From Felis catus (Eukaryota), in the NCBI RefSeq assembly GCF_018350175.1, contig NC_058368.1:91886001-91950000 (forward strand): a stretch of 64,000 bases of DNA, read 5' to 3'. Of this stretch, positions 62,894 through 64,000 are shown piece by piece. Position 1 is the stretch's first letter, and each line of letters begins with the position of its first letter. A model generated the notes under the pieces. It ran no database searches, had not been told where the DNA came from, and saw nothing but the letters and a program-made list of their open reading frames with translations. The position numbers and the translations under genes are program-made.

Positions 62894-63377
62894 GTAAGTG
62901 ATGACAGGGCAATTCTAGGTGGTCCTGGGACCAGGCCACTGTGGGGCTGAGAGTGATGGGGTGCCAGAGGGAAGGGGCCCCTGGGAACCTGGATCAGCAA
63001 GGAGAGAAACCATTTGGGTATCAGACTTAAGTTCAAATCCACCTCCACTACCTGCTGACTGTGCAGCCTTGGGGAGGCCTCTTCACCTCCCAAGCCCGAG
63101 GCTCTGTCAAATGGACCCATTAACCCTCCCCACATGCTGGGAATGTAGAGAAGTGTGGATAGCACCATCCCTGACATCTAGTCAGCCTTCAGAACATACA
63201 AGCCCCTCCTAGCAAGCCCACGTACAGAGCATCCCTCAACACAGTCTCAAGGCTTCAGTGGTAGGCACAAGGCTGATGAGTTCTCAACATGTGGGCCAGG
63301 AGCCTGTGGTCGGTCCACAGGCATCTTCAGCAGAATAAATAAGCTGTACAGGGAGAGGGCATAATTAAACAAAAAAG

Positions 63378-63960
63378 TGGATGTGGATGGATAGTTAGCT
63401 GGGTGGGTGGGTGGATGGATGGGTGGACAGATGAATGGATGATGGATGGAAGGAAGGAAGGAAGGAAGGAAGGAAGGAAGGATTGATGGATGGATGGATG
63501 GAAGGAAGCAAGCCTGGCTGACTGGATGATGGATGCAAGGATGAATGGATGGAAGGAAGGAAGGAAGGAAGGAAGGAAGGGAGGCTGACTGGATGAATGA
63601 CTGCATGATGGATAGATGGATGGAGAGATGGGCTGATGAATGAAAGGAAAGAAGGAAAGAAGGAAGGAAGGAAGGAAGGCAGGCTGGATGACTGGATCGC
63701 AGACAGGTGCGTGCATGGATGGACGGATGGATGGACAAATGGATTGATGAACGGTTGCATGGAAGAACAGATGGATGGATAGATGAGTTGGGTTGATGAA
63801 CAGTTGGGTGGATGGGTGGATGGCAGGAAGGAAGGATGGTTGGATGGAAAGACAGATGAGGTAATTTTACCAACAGTTGGATGCATGAGAGGGTAGCTGA
63901 GTTAGTGGGTGGACAAACACATGATGGTTGAGCAGACAAGTGAGTGAAGGAATGAAAGAA
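63378..63960. repeat. Compound (GGAT)n/(GGAA)n low-complexity repeat
   Basis: Seen directly. Confidence 0.92.
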
Positions 63961-64000
63961 GTAACACGATTGAGGAGTTGCCCGGTGATGTGTGCAGCAT

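Larger units (their letters stand above)
1..64000 (+). other. COL23A1: COL23A1 gene body (partial; end of long intron 2 to start of intron 6, numbering from recalled human structure)
   Basis: Four GT-AG exons join in frame to Gly-X-Y sequence matching recalled COL23A1 GPPGRRGK(P/A)GRRGDPGPPGQSGRDGYPGPLGLDGKP; no start or stop codon in the window. Confidence 0.93.

Noticed and set aside
63247..63939. Long minus-strand ORFs (230, 163, 129 aa)
   Set aside because: Translations of (ATCC)/(TTCC) repeats, which lack stops

Overview
Mammalian (felid, most likely domestic cat) genomic DNA, judged from about 38 tRNA-derived Can-SINEs (SINEC_Fc-like) and L1_Fc-type 3' ends. The whole window lies inside the transmembrane collagen gene COL23A1 on the + strand. 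Four tiny coding exons are visible (45, 8, 27 and 27 nt) with canonical GT-AG sites. They splice in frame to GPPGRRGKAGRRGDP-GPP-GQSGRDGYP-GPLGLDGKP, the start of the first collagenous domain; from recall these are human exons 3-6. The rest is intron: SINEs, L1s of several ages, L2, MIR, hAT MITEs, an MLT1 LTR and microsatellites. The six-frame ORFs are otherwise spurious. Best leads: (1) a possible frame-switch splicing cassette around the 8-nt microexon and exon 5, with an in-frame alternative donor 168 nt downstream and a 50-nt cryptic exon that is a poison exon if the microexon is included but restores frame if it is skipped; (2) strong CTCF motifs converging around these exons; (3) two apparent local templated copies of retroelement-flank junctions. 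All were read by eye; repeat boundaries and subfamily names are approximate and nothing was checked against databases.
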